A stretch of DNA of 63,862 nt, filler included, from Octopus bimaculoides (lineage: Eukaryota), in assembly GCF_001194135.2 (NCBI RefSeq). It is 9 parts of 9 records of this genome, joined end to end, with 100 filler letters (N's around TTAATTAATTAA, not from the genome) between each part and the next. Parts side by side here need not be neighbours in the genome. Positions count along the whole stretch, not along the records: positions 1 to 4,427 come from NC_068983.1; positions 4,528 to 20,457 come from NC_068991.1; 7 more parts are not named here. One strand, given 5' to 3'. This document shows, piece after piece, positions 1 to 12,554 of this stretch; within the stretch, counting starts at the first letter, position 1, and each line of letters starts with the position of its first letter. A program made the position numbers and the translations under genes. The notes beneath the pieces are model-generated. The model saw nothing but the letters and a program-made list of their open reading frames with translations, was not told the origin of the DNA and searched no databases.

Positions 1-240
1 TATATATACGAGTCTGTAATTAAATTGAAGTACTATATCCCATTCCCAATTGCATGGATTATAATTGAGAAAATAAATATTACCTAGACGGTAATTAATC
101 GAAGACCATTAATTTGCATTTATTCAATTATTCACTAGGTAGCACTTATAGTCGACTCTTGTGTACCGTCTTGAAGTGTCGAATTGAAATAAAAGTATAA
201 TAGTTTACAGAATCGATTGCGGTGTCTTACGTGACCTCTA

Positions 241-273
241 ATGATGCTAATCATTGCCACTTTGCTACTAATT
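241..273 (+). CDS. Candidate first coding exon, signal-peptide-like (MMLIIATLLLI)
   Basis: ATG at 241, 11 mostly hydrophobic codons, then donor-like GTGAGT at 274-279 (phase 0); TTTACAG acceptor-like site ends at 210. No homology recognised. Confidence 0.2.
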
Positions 274-851
274 GTGAGTTGATCAATATATTTGTCACCT
301 TTTCCTGCCAAGTGTTCTTTCATATTTAACAATGTAATTTCATGATTTAAGTATAATGCTTATCAGTATATAATAAATGATATTATAAGGAGTTAACAGA
401 AATTATGATATTAGTTTACAAGTGATTTATTAATAGGTAGTCTAGTCATTAATTACCGGGATAACTATTAACTGGATTTGAGAACGGATAAATGAGAATA
501 TGAAATATGACATTTACGAAATATCATTTCAAAAGAGACAATGTGTTGTTGCTAAATATAATCGTATCTTTCTTGTCTACTCATTTGTTAGAGGTATGTT
601 GGGTAATGCAGTTGTACATGCGATAATATATTTCGATATCTGGTCGGTATAAGAATTTGTATGAAGATGGTTATACTCAATCTAAGAATACATCAGAATA
701 AATGTAGTACATGAAACAACAATACGAAACACTTTTTTTTTTATGTTGAAGAGAGATATAAACGATCGATTCTAATTCAGGCAAAACTGCAATTCGAGAG
801 AGATAGTGAGATAGAGAAGCAGAGAAAGAGGGAGAGAGAAACACTGAGAGA

Positions 852-852
<1 letters not shown>

Positions 853-902
<50 letters not shown>
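853..902. repeat. (TG)n microsatellite, representative of dozens of (TG/CA)n, (TA)n, (GA)n, (CATA)n, (TATC)n, (AAT)n, (ATC)n and (ACC)n tracts in the window
   Basis: Read directly; many such tracts abut assembly gaps. Confidence 0.98.
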
Positions 903-903
<1 letters not shown>

Positions 904-2053
904 ACAGAAAGACTACATTGAAATTGCCTTTGGAAACTAAAAAAATATGTTTCGATCAGAAGCTTCCTTCAAAATAAACTTGGCAGAGTATCACAGTCTT
1001 TCTATTCGGGAAGTTAGTAGCAACTCATGAACAAGCACAAGACAATATTAGCATCACAGGTAAACGGGAAGCAGTAGGAGTGTTTATGTCGGTACATCCG
1101 TTTGTATCTGCGTGTGTGTGATATAGACTACTGTGTTATATCCTTGCTGTTCTTCTCTTATTTTGAGCATTTAGTCAATATTAGAAGTAAGCATGTTAAG
1201 TTTAGTTTCATCGAAAATACTTGGTTTGGAGGTACTCTTTTCTTTCCCCTATTTTTATGACGTTCATCGACATTTATACAGCCAACCACAGGGACTTACA
1301 CATCAACATAAATAACGGACTATTGAGCATCTACACATAAAAACAGTGCTTTATTGATTGATTCCTTAATTGCATATAGCATCAATAACAAACTATTCAC
1401 ACACACACACAAACGTATTTATATACACTTATATATATGTATGTATTTCTAGATTTAAGTATAAATGAAAAACAAAGCGTTTCGTATCACCTGAAAAAGA
1501 CATTTAATTTAGCTAGAGAAAGTAGACACTCTTTTACACTTTTAGAGCTGTTTCTAGAATAACAAGGCTTGGGGATAATGTTGACGAAAACCCTTTATAT
1601 ATGGATATAAATGCATTTATACGTATATACATATGCTTATATANNNNNNNNNNNNNNNNNNNNNNNNNNNNNNNNNNNNNNNNNNNNNNNNNNNNNNNNN
1701 NNNNNNNNNNNNNNNNNNNNNNNNNNNNNNNNNNNNNNNNNNNNNNNNNNNNNNNNNNNNNNNNNNNNNNNNNNNNNNNNNNNNNNNNNNNNNNNNNNNN
1801 NNNNNNNNNNNNNNNNNNNNNNNNNNNNNNNNNNNNNNNNNNNNNNNNNNNNNNNNNNNNNNNNNNNNNNNNNNNNNNNNNNNNNNNNNNNNNNNNNNNN
1901 NNNNNNNNNNNNNNNNNNNNNNNNNNNNNNNNNNNNNNNNNNNNNNNNNNNNNNNNNNNNNNNNNNNNNNNNNNNNNNNNNNNNNNNNNNNNNNNNNNNN
2001 NNNNNNNNNNNNNNNNNNNNNNNNNNNNNNNNNNATACATAGACTCATATGCC

Positions 2054-2089
<36 letters not shown>

Positions 2090-2116
2090 TATGTATATCC
2101 TTTCACTTCATTCTAG

Positions 2117-2305
2117 TTGCTTCTGATAACATATAAGCCAGTGCAGCCTGTTGCAAATTCAGGAAGTCTGAAATTAACCATCAACGATACCGGCCAGTTA
2201 AATAACGATACAAGTTTACGTTTGACACACTGCAAGGTGAAATGCAAAACACGTTTAAGTGTAGATAAATTGAATAATGCCAACGATCATTTAAAAGTTG
2301 GATGA
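2117..2305 (+). CDS. Candidate exon (LLLITYKPVQPVANSGSLKLTINDTGQLNNDTSLRLTHCK...)
   Basis: Pyrimidine-rich TTTCACTTCATTCTAG acceptor ends at 2116; only the phase-0 frame is open (62 codons), compatible with the 241-273 exon. No family recognised. Confidence 0.17.
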   Translation: MLLITYKPVQPVANSGSLKLTINDTGQLNNDTSLRLTHCKVKCKTRLSVDKLNNANDHLKVG

Positions 2306-4471
2306 CGGAGACACCATATTCATTGTATATATATTTTTTCTGAGAGAAGGAAAATTGTGATGTAATTCCTACGACTTCCAATGGTATAGATCAGTTCATA
2401 TTTTTGTATGCAACATTTTCTTATGAGGTATAAGCATCGCTCGGTTTTTAAACATATCATTTAAAATCTCTATTATCACTTGCATATTGTTACTGGCTTC
2501 ACCCGGCAATGGTAAATCTTGCCATGAATCGTAGCTGGTGTCATATTATCCTTTACTGGCCATTACCTCCTGGGTCTCATACGAGGTATTAATCGCAGAG
2601 ATTCAGAAAGTGGTACATGTCTTGCACAACTGTTTATCATTATACTCGAATGATATATATATATATATATGACCGTTTATGATGACTTGATATCTTATTC
2701 TATCAACTGGAGTTGCTGTGGCGATAGAAGAGTGACGACATGTTCGCACATCCAATTGGAAGTGCAGTCAGTTAAAATTTTCGTCTGTTAGATATGTTTT
2801 GAAACATGTAGGTTTGCATCGGGAATTTTTCTCGGAGAGAGGTCATAGTTTGGGTAGTCATAAATATCATTGACAACGAGTAAACAGGAGAGAGAAATCA
2901 TGTGTGAAGAAGGAGTAATACATCACTATACACATTTGTAACTGGCCGAAACTAATGATACTGAATTTGCACGTTCTTGCTATGAAAGTAAAGGAGTTAA
3001 ATACCTTGGATTGTGCATAATTTTTCCAATAGATTTGATGTCTTAATATGAATATATGAATTAAAATGTCAAGACCTTAAGTGACAGGCCAGATTTTCGG
3101 TATATAACAGGTCCACTTTCAATCACATTCAATGCAATGTCTTAAACCCAGAACCAGGTCAATACACATGATTTATGTTCGCTCACTGATATCTGGTCTT
3201 GCAATCATATAAGCGAATCTCCATCACTTCTCTCGTGTCTACGTAGCTTTTTCTAATCATACTCTCGTCTTGTTGAACTGAAATAATTTCCGATTGAAAG
3301 GCACGAGGAAGATCTTTCTGTCTGGTCCATCCTATCTGATTTCATATCTGCACCTCGATTGTGCAATAGATGATGTCCCATTCTCCAATGGGACATGGTG
3401 TAATTTAAAAGAAATCTTTATCTTCTCTTGTTATCATGTTCTCAAACATATAATGGATGACACTTTGATTTTTCACGAGATGGTCTATAATATTTCTTTT
3501 TCTGAAACGTGTTGTAGATAGACTTTGTCAATTGCTCTTTTCTATAATGCATGCTTTAAGTTGTTACATATTATTGTATAAGCCTCAGGTACATAAATTT
3601 TCCACACAGTTCATTCTTTTTCATAAAATATACTTTTTTTAAAACGCTGCTTTATAATATTGCTAAGAAAAGTGAGAAAAATGGCTTCACAGTTTTTGAA
3701 CTACAATTAAATATTGTTTTTTTCTCTCCATTTCCCCATATCTTTTCCTCATTTTGAAAGTTCAGATAAAAATATATAAAACCCCTTTCATTTTTATATT
3801 AAATCTTAGATACAAAAATATTATGCTATAAATATTTTCATAATTTTGTAGGTTTTGCATTGCATCGTAAGCAGTAGCTTAGAAATCCATTCCTTATTTT
3901 CTTTATTCTGCTTCCTTAAAAGACGCATTATAGCAGCGTGTTTAAATTGGACAATATATATAAAAAGCAGTAAAATTAAGGAGAATTATCAATGAAGTGC
4001 CCAATTAATATGTCAAATGGAATCCAACAAATGTGAATTGATATGTCAGAATGAAAATAAATGAGACAACAATAGGATATATTTAAATATACAACCTTAG
4101 ATATAAATGTCGTGACGACATGCATTTTATTTTGTCAAAATTAAAATTTTCCAAGTGTAAAGGCGCACAATTACTCGTGCATGAACACAAACACACGGCT
4201 AACATACACAAACACACTCCATATTCAAAAACACACGCACTGTAATAAATTTCCCATCACCTCCTACACAGTTGCAAAAGTGTACATATACAACTATGCA
4301 TTAGACACATAAATTTGAATTTTAATATATCCATGTAGTTCTTGTTGCTGTGTGTGTGTGTGTGTGCATACATGCATATACATATAATATATATATATAT
4401 ATATACGCACACACGCATATATATATANNNNNNNNNNNNNNNNNNNNNNNNNNNNNNNNNNNNNNNNNNNN

Positions 4472-4483
4472 TTAATTAATTAA
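4472..4483. other. Assembly spacer TTAATTAATTAA inside 100-nt gaps (artefact)
   Basis: Same 12-mer isolated between N runs at 4472, 20502, 24308, 27619, 49048, 55226, 57495 and 61895; here 44 N + 12 + 44 N = 100. It is a palindrome with stops in all six frames. Confidence 0.95.
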
Positions 4484-4527
4484 NNNNNNNNNNNNNNNNN
4501 NNNNNNNNNNNNNNNNNNNNNNNNNNN

Positions 4528-4563
<36 letters not shown>

Positions 4564-4954
4564 GAAGGAAGAGAGAGAAAGGAAACAGAAAATAGATTTA
4601 ACAGTAGTCTTTATTTAGTACGACGATCGTTTCAACTCATTCTGCAACTGTCCGTTATGCATAGGATTTTGTGCACCTAATAGTGTTGCATCAGTTTGTG
4701 CAGTTTGTGTCATATTAGGTACATGCATAAAGAAAGGGATGTCCTGCTAAATATCCTGAGATGTCCTAGGCATGTTGTTCGAGCCTGTTATATCTTGGTT
4801 ATGACCAGCTATAGTTGTCCATGGGTGCATATAACGTAAAATTCATCACCATACCTCAGAGTATATCTGAATTTCCCTAATAATACGTTACACACATTAA
4901 CTCAAAACCTCAACATTAATGAATGGAGAAACAGAATTGAATGGCAAAATGATT

Positions 4955-5388
4955 AAAGAATTGGCAATTTACGAAACTAATAAAGGAAGTGCGGTAGTTT
5001 TGATGGACATAGAATACTACAAAGTTCTAGTACTGAAAAGGATTCCTACTATGGAAAGATTGAACATTTTGAGCAATTGAAAATAATATAAAAATCTGTC
5101 ATTCATGGGAAAGATCTGGCAGACAAATCGATTATATAACAAATTTTAAGTGTAAAACTAATCTTTTCTACGGTTTACTAAACATCCATAAGAGCCCGAT
5201 AATGAATGAAATCTGCAAACAATCATCAGGCATATATGTTAATGTCGAAACACCACGAGATTTAAAACTAAGATCCATTATTGCTGGCCCATCATGTGAA
5301 ACCCATCGCTTAAGCAATTTTCTCGACATCCTACTGAAACTCTTTTTGAAATATACCGAAAGCTTCATTAGAGATGATCTGGATATGT
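4955..5388 (+). mobile_element. Penelope-like element (PLE) reverse transcriptase fragment, degenerate
   Basis: Translates ETNKGSAVVLMDIEYY (cf. ADKGSAVVVMD..Y), FYGLLNIHKS (cf. FYGLPKIHK) and LKLRSIIAGPSCETHRLSNFLDILLKLFLKYTESFIRDDLD (cf. RPII...LS.FLD..L.P....SYIKD); frame breaks; runs into a gap. Confidence 0.85.
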
Positions 5389-6084
5389 NNNNNNNNNNNN
5401 NNNNNNNNNNNNNNNNNNNNNNNNNNNNNNNNNNNNNNNNNNNNNNNNNNNNNNNNNNNNNNNNNNNNNNNNNNNNNNNNNNNNNNNNCTGGCCAGCCCC
5501 AAGGAAAAACTAAGCTAAGAACATTAGATTCCTTGGAAAAAGCTACGAATGTTTACGAAAATAAAGACGGAAAAAAATGGAGTATGTTACACAAATACAA
5601 ACGAAAATTATAGGACATAACAAGTGTCTTTCGACTAAGGACAAATTAAATTAAATTAATCTGGCGTCTGTGGAAGTAAAGCCTTACGGCAGGGACGTAA
5701 GATTTGACAGGACAGGAAGGAATATAGATGTTGCACGGATGGTAGTCGAACCAAGAAAGAAAGCTCAGACCTAGCCGAACACCGGTCACGTGGGGAGAGA
5801 AGGGAGAGAGAGGTAGAGGCATGAAGAATTAAGGAGGTGCGAAGAATGCGGCGGGCAAAAGTTGGTATACAGGTATTTAGTAAGAGTGGAATGTTCTTTT
5901 CATTTCTCTATTTCTTTTTATTAGGATGATAAATCTGATTCGGTGTTCTTTTTAACTAATTCTCTCTATAATGAAATAATTATTCCTAATTTCAGATATG
6001 TATTATATGGTTGGAAAAGAACTTTCTATTCATATTAAGCAATTGTATACCTACTTTTGCTCACCCCTGCATCTGTATGTATGT

Positions 6085-6580
6085 ATACGACGTGGGTCCT
6101 ACTTTCAGTCTCCGTCCTCAAAATCCACTCGCAAACGTTTGGTTGGCCTGAGGTTATAGTAGAAGATACACGCCGATGGTACAGCGTAGTGGGACTAAAA
6201 CAGACCTGGCCAACTCGAATTACATTGCGGACCACTTTAATCACAAAGTTTTTTGAGGGCCGCTTGTAAACTACAGAATTGAAAGCATTTTGCTTTCTCA
6301 TGGTATTATTACCATAATGAATGAATGATCGTTGAGTCAACATGAAATATTATCGTTGCAAAAACAATACTATGTTTTTACTTTTCATTACAATCTTTAA
6401 TTTTTAATGAAATTTAAAGAGTGTTTGTTTAAATAAATGTATTTCAAGAAAGAAATACAAGATAGAAGCCTGCGAGCCGCACGCGGTCCGCCGGCCTCAG
6501 GTTGGCCAGCCCTGGACTAAAACCAAGACCACATGGTTGGGAATCAGGTTTTTGCCCACACACCCACGACTAAGCCTATA
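6085..6580 (-). mobile_element. SINE family A head region, interrupted by a hAT MITE
   Basis: Matches family A (cf. 19150-19571) on both sides of 6201-6514; GGGACT...CCACATGGTTGGGAA rejoins once the MITE is removed. Confidence 0.75.
6201..6514. mobile_element. hAT-type MITE
   Basis: TIRs CAGACCTGGCCAAC / GTTGGCCAGCCCTG (12/14); perfect 8-bp TSD GACTAAAA at 6193-6200 and 6515-6522. Confidence 0.9.
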
Positions 6581-6736
6581 TAAATAAAGGAGAATCAGTG
6601 TCACTGATATATGTATATACCAGCAATAAAGATGATGAAAAATAATTCAGAGAAGCGCTACCGTAAGCTAAATATGATAAGTGTCAAGCACATAATATAT
6701 TTGGGTAAAGGTTTTCTATTAAATTGGAATATCCAT

Positions 6737-7055
6737 AGGCGCAGGCGTGAACGCGTGGTAAGAAGTTTGCTTCCCGATCACATGCCTCTACGCCCAGTTC
6801 CACTACATGGCACCTTGGGTAAGTTCTTTTACTATGGCTTCGGGCCGACCAAAGCCTTATAAGTGGATTTGGTAGACGGAAACTGAAAGAAGCCTGTCGT
6901 ATATATATATATATATATATACAACAATCGATGTTGGTGTGTTTATGTCCCCGTACGTTAGCGGTTTGACAAAAATGAGTGATGAAATAAATATTAAGCT
7001 TTAAAAAATAAGTCCTGAAGTCGATTTCTTAGAATAAAAAAGTCTTCAATGCGGT
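6737..7055 (+). mobile_element. SINE family A, degenerate copy
   Basis: GGCGCAGG head, GGATTTGGTAGACGGAAACTGAAAGAAGCC core, central (TA)n, GTTTATGTCCCCGTA..TTAGCGGTT second half. Confidence 0.85.
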
Positions 7056-8931
7056 GAGTATTTCACCGACGAATCCTCTTAACACTGGAGGAAGCTGCTT
7101 TCTTCATAAGTCGGCTTTAAAATCAACATCGATTCCCATTATCTTCCAAAAATTAGGATGAGTTGATAGTATTAGGGTTATATATCTTGAGTGCATTTTT
7201 AAATTTTAAACACCGCCAAAAGGATTTCTGTTTTCTAAATGACAAGGATAACCTCAGTTATTGAATACAGATACACACACACACACACATACATACATAC
7301 ATACATACATACATACATACATACACACACACATATATATATACTTACATACACACACACACACACACACACACACGTACATATATATATATATATACAT
7401 ACACACACTCATACACCATCACCACCATTACTAATCACGTTTACCATCCCCAACACTAACCTTTATTACTATCACTAAGACCCTTCACCCCCATCGCTGT
7501 AACCACAACAGCTAGCATCACAGGCCACAATACCTCTGCGTACACCGCCACCATAACCTCTACCACCATCATCGTGGCCACATCACCTCCAGCCACCACC
7601 ACCACCACCACCACCATCACCACCACCATCACCACCACCCCTTCTACCGTCACCACGGCCATCAGTATCACAGACCGACATCGCTTTCACCATCACCAGC
7701 ATCATCATAGTTAACAGGTCTACCATTCTGCCGACAATCGAACAATGGAAGGCAGACACATGACTACAGCAGGTAAGACAAAATACGCCATGTTGATGTT
7801 ACCGTGAACACTGGGCTCCCATCTATATTTAATGTGGCCGTAGGTGCAGAGTAATGCACTCGGTTTAACATTCTACTTCACCGACACGCCTAGATAAATT
7901 ATTCATTATATCGGGACGGTCTCTGCTGTCATGGCGTTAAAGTATTTCTGTTTTAGTTTGGGCCAATAATGCGTGAAGGGTCGTGGGTTCGTCCCCAGGT
8001 TTCTTTGAGGTTTATTTATACGTTTAGCTATTTCTTTTTTTTAGTGCATAATGAAGTAGAATCCTTCTCCAGCTGTGAAGAAAATGCAAACCATTTCGAT
8101 TTCAAGTTGGCGTTGCTTTTCACATAGAAAAATTGTACACTTTGCATCTTAACATGTTTCGTCGTGGGGAACAAATTGTTCAGAAATGAAAGAATATATA
8201 AAAAAAGTGGGGAGAGGCAAAGATGACAACGCACGTGTATATATGTGTGTGTGGGTGTGNNNNNNNNNNNNNNNNNNNNNNNNNNNNNNNNNNNNNNNNN
8301 NNNNNNNNNNNNNNNNNNNNNNNNNNNNNNNNNNNNNNNNNNNNNNNNNNNNNNNNNNNNNNNNNNNNNNNNNNNNNNNNNNNNNNNNNNNNNNNNNNNN
8401 NNNNNNNNNNNNNNNNNNNNNNNNNNNNNNNNNNNNNNNNNNNNNNNNNNNNNNNNNNNNNNNNNNNNNNNNNNNNNNNNNNNNNNNNNNNNNNNNNNNN
8501 NNNNNNNNNNNNNNNNNNNNNNNNNNNNNNNNNNNNNNNNNNNNNNNNNNNNNNNNNNNNNNNNNNNNNNNNNNNNNNNNNNNNNNNNNNNNNNNNNNNN
8601 NNNNNNNNNNNNNNNNNNNNNNNNNNNNNNNNNNNNNNNNNNNNNNNNNNNNNNNNNNNNNNNNNNNNNNNNNNNNNNNNNNNNNNNNNNNNNNNNNNNN
8701 NNNNNNNNNNNNNNNNNNNNNNNNNNNNNNNNNNNNNNNNNNNNNNNNNNNNNNNNNNNNNNNNNNNNNNNNNNNNNNNNNNNNNNNNNNNNNNNNNNNN
8801 NNNNNNNNNNNNNNNNNNNNNNNNNNNNNNNNNNNNNNNNNNNNNNNNNNNNNNNNNNNNNNNNNNNNNNNNNNNNNNNNNNNNNNNNNNNNNNNNNNNN
8901 NNNNNNNNNNNNNNNNNNNNNNTATATATAT

Positions 8932-8978
<47 letters not shown>

Positions 8979-9854
8979 CATATACACACACACATCTTAT
9001 ATATATACATATATATAGATATATACACACGCACACACACACACACACACACATCCACATATCTGAGACTACTTGTAACAGACTGTTGGTATGATTGGGT
9101 TCGTAGGAGAGTTCCAGGAAGAGTTGAAACATTGCCTGATATCCTTCCCCTCTCTCTTTTCCACACACATGCACACACGCAGATAAATGCTCTCTCTCTC
9201 TCTCCCATCTATATATGTCTATCTTTATCTCTTATTCATTTATTAAGGACAAGAGTCCAAAAACGTTAGTTTAATTTGTTTGGGCACTTCAAGTTATGTA
9301 ACACATACAGGAGAGAGCTATCAGAGAAATCACTTGCTGAAGGCGTGGCATAGTGAAAGGGGACCCAAGAATCAGTTTAAGTGCGAAACGGGAAATGAAT
9401 GTGTTTGTGTGTGTGTGTGTGAGTGTGTGTGTGGAAGAGCAGTGACTAACACGATATGCAGGACTTTCGTGTTCTTAAAGGGAGAAAAAATTATTGTAAG
9501 GAACCGTGAGAATTGCGGACTATCCTTGCAAGGGAGCTTAATCTCACATTTTTTTTTTTGCAGCATAATGTTCGTTCCTATGAAGAGTAAAAGTAGTAAT
9601 ATTTAAATTTTTAAAAAAATATGGATGGACACGGCATTGTGCAACATTGCATTTCATGTATTATGTTTCACAACCATTAGAGTATAGAAATGACTGTAAA
9701 TTGGATCGAAAATGTCTTCAGAAATGGAATCTGCCATACTCGTACAACTTAAAAAAATTATTATTAGTGGCTCAAAGAACAACATTTTAGATGTATAGGA
9801 AGCGGGTGTTTTGCGTGATGTCTCCTGGTGAAAATAGTAAATCTTCGGTTTTAA

Positions 9855-10277
9855 TTTCTTTCATTTTTACTTGCTTCAATCATTAGACCGAGGCCATGCT
9901 AGGGCACCGTCTTCAAGATTTCTTAGACGAATGAATCGACCTCAGTACTTATTTTCTTAGCCTGGTACTTATTCCATTGATCTATTTTGCCGAACCGCTA
10001 AGATACAGAGGCAGAAACACATCAACACCAGTTGTCAAACGGTGGTGGGGGACAAACGCAGACACAAAGAAACACACACACAAAGACACAGACAGACAGA
10101 CAGACACACACACATATATACGACAGGCTTCTTTTAGTTTTTGCCTACCAGATCCACTCACACGGTTTTGGTCGGCCCGAGGTTATAGTAGAAGACACTT
10201 GCCCAAGGTGCCATGCAGTGGGACTGAACCCGGAACCGTGTGGTTGGGAAGCAAACTTCTTACCATACGCTTGCACC
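9855..10277 (-). mobile_element. SINE family A, near full length
   Basis: B-box-like GGTTCAGTCCC, family core, central microsatellite and tail, all colinear with 19150-19571. Confidence 0.9.
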
Positions 10278-10429
10278 TTTTCTTTATGACTTCGTAAAAA
10301 TATCAAAAACACTTATGACCGAAACTAAGTGGAATGATTTGACTTTTAACCTTTTAGTATGTGTGATATCGATCAAACCATTTTTCAATTATACAGCAGT
10401 AAACCTATACATTGACTAATAATGATTAG

Positions 10430-12055
10430 TTCACGCATGGCTGTATGCATGCGCGGTTGTTGCTGTGTAGATAGGAAGCTTGCTTCCCAACCATATGGTT
10501 CTAGGTTCAGTCCGATTGCCTGGCACCTTGGGCAGGCATCTCATACGCATCCCCTGGCCGACCAAAGCCCTGTGACTGGATTTGGTAAACGGAAACCTAA
10601 AGAAACCCGTCATAAATATGTATGTGTGTATGAGTGTGTGTGTGTGTGTGTATTGTATTTGTTCCCCCCGTGGCTTGGCAACTCGTGCTGTTTTTTTGTT
10701 TTTGCGTTTCGCAAATTAGCGGTTCGGAAACGGTGTGGTTGTTGTTCGACTCCCCTGAGGAAGCTGCTAATGCGGCCAGTCAGACTCTGCAGAGGGAGGA
10801 AATTTTGTTCCTCCTCTCTTACTGCGGAAGGAGAACAATTAGAGCCTGGGTTCATGGACTAACCCCAGGTTACAAGGCCGAGTGGATCGCTGACACCATC
10901 CGGCAGGGCTTGGGGGACAGTGGGCCCAGGCTCCTTAATGTGCTCAAGTCACCTGCGGTCAACTGGCAGGGCGCCAAGGCGACATTGACCTTGTGGTCCC
11001 CAGTGGCTGTAGGAGACATGTGCTTTCCTGATTTTTTAAAGATGGCCGGGGCCAGGTATCCGGTTATTATTGAGGGTCGGCANNNNNNNNNNNNNNNNNN
11101 NNNNNNNNNNNNNNNNNNNNNNNNNNNNNNNNNNNNNNNNNNNNNNNNNNNNNNNNNNNNNNNNNNNNNNNNNNNNNNNNNNNNNNNNNNNNNNNNNNNN
11201 NNNNNNNNNNNNNNNNNNNNNNNNNNNNNNNNNNNNNNNNNNNNNNNNNNNNNNNNNNNNNNNNNNNNNNNNNNNNNNNNNNNNNNNNNNNNNNNNNNNN
11301 NNNNNNNNNNNNNNNNNNNNNNNNNNNNNNNNNNNNNNNNNNNNNNNNNNNNNNNNNNNNNNNNNNNNNNNNNNNNNNNNNNNNNNNNNNNNNNNNNNNN
11401 NNNNNNNNNNNNNNNNNNNNNNNNNNNNNNNNNNNNNNNNNNNNNNNNNNNNNNNNNNNNNNNNNNNNNNNNNNNNNNNNNNNNNNNNNNNNNNNNNNNG
11501 AGACCCCCCCTCTGAGGAGGAGGAAGAGTGTGTCATCCTGTACCTCAGGGGTGGAGAGGTTGAGAATCACTTAAACTACGAGTACGTAGATAGATACATT
11601 TCGGCCTGCGAAAGTAGTTCAAGGTGGCCTCAGCAGTGATAACCAGTAGCACCCGTGCTGGGGTGGCGGCCGCCTGTAGTAGCTTCGCATATATGTGCTT
11701 CAGTACTGAAGCTGAATTGAATATGGAAAGTTGCCTGTGTGCGGCGAAAGGCCTGCTTGCAAGGTACATGAACTGAATTGATTTGTATTGTGATTATAAA
11801 TATGTTTATTTATCTTGAACAAATGTATTCGAGGGATTGCTGATCTGTGGACGTCGGCGCCCCTCTCATTTTTCATATGTATCATCCTTTCATTCTACAT
11901 TTTGTCTTTGTCCAGCCCTAGCTACGGCCATTCTATGTAAAGCCTATATGGCTAATTAATGAAATAAAATAAATTAGCAGTTCGGCAAAAGTAACCAATA
12001 GAATAAGTATCACACTTAAAAAAAATAAAGCGCTAAAGTCGATTTGCTCTATTAA
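10430..12055 (+). mobile_element. SINE family A split by the 10728-11970 insertion
   Basis: Head and core at 10430-10727; resumes at 11971 with TTAGCAGTTCGGCAAAAGTAACCAATAGAATAAGTA. Confidence 0.85.
10728..11970 (+). mobile_element. 5'-truncated L1/Tx1-like retroelement carrying ORF1-like coding sequence; no RT visible
   Basis: GC-rich open frame SETVWLLFDSPEEAA...ARYPVIIEGR (resembles the stretch preceding the gag-type zinc knuckle of Tx1/L1 ORF1), gap 11083-11498, acidic coding tail, 3' UTR, GAAATAAAATAAA tail. TSD AAATTAGC[G/A]GTTCGG at 10713-10727 and 11971-11985. Confidence 0.7.
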
Positions 12056-12554
12056 ACCTGTGTCTGCGCGCGCGTGTCTTTGTCCTTCAACACCACTTGA
12101 CAACCGGTTTTGGTGTGTTTACGTCCCCGTAACTTAGCAATGGCTTCTGCAAAAGCGACCGAAAGAATAAGCACAAGGCTTNNNNNNNNNNNNNNNNNNN
12201 NNNNNNNNNNNNNNNNNNNNNNNNNNNNNNNNNNNNNNNNNNNNNNNNNNNNNNNNNNNNNNNNNNNNNNNNNNNNNNNNNNNNNNNNNNNNNNNNNNNN
12301 NNNNNNNNNNNNNNNNNNNNNNNNNNNNNNNNNNNNNNNNNNNNNNNNNNNNNNNNNNNNNNNNNNNNNNNNNNNNNNNNNNNNNNNNNNNNNNNNNNNN
12401 NNNNNNNNNNNNNNNNNNNNNNNNNNNNNNNNNNNNNNNNNNNNNNNNNNNNNNNNNNNNNNNNNNNNNNNNNNNNNNNNNNNNNNNNNNNNNNNNNNNN
12501 NNNNNNNNNNNNNNNNNNNNNNNNNNNNNNNNNNNNNNNTGGAACTAGAAGTTT

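Noticed and set aside
1534-2136. Long ORFs spanning N gaps (also at 8.0-9.2, 11-12.6, 17, 29-31, 36-37.4, 40.6-41.7 and 55.7-56.9 kb)
   Set aside because: They are open only because N codons contain no stops; the flanks are microsatellite translations (HTHT, IYIY, CVCV).
4472-4483. Recurrent TTAATTAATTAA as a biological repeat or CRISPR-like unit
   Set aside because: Always isolated in the middle of N runs; an assembly spacer.
4610-4850. Minus-strand protein-like frame MHPWTTIAGHNQD...*QDIPFFMHVPNMTQ...
   Set aside because: In-frame stop, short internal repeats, no recognisable family or convincing splice sites.
7925-7998. tRNA-like sequence with B-box-like GGTTCGTCCCC
   Set aside because: No cloverleaf; at most a decayed SINE head. 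SINE heads elsewhere were likewise not called tRNA genes.
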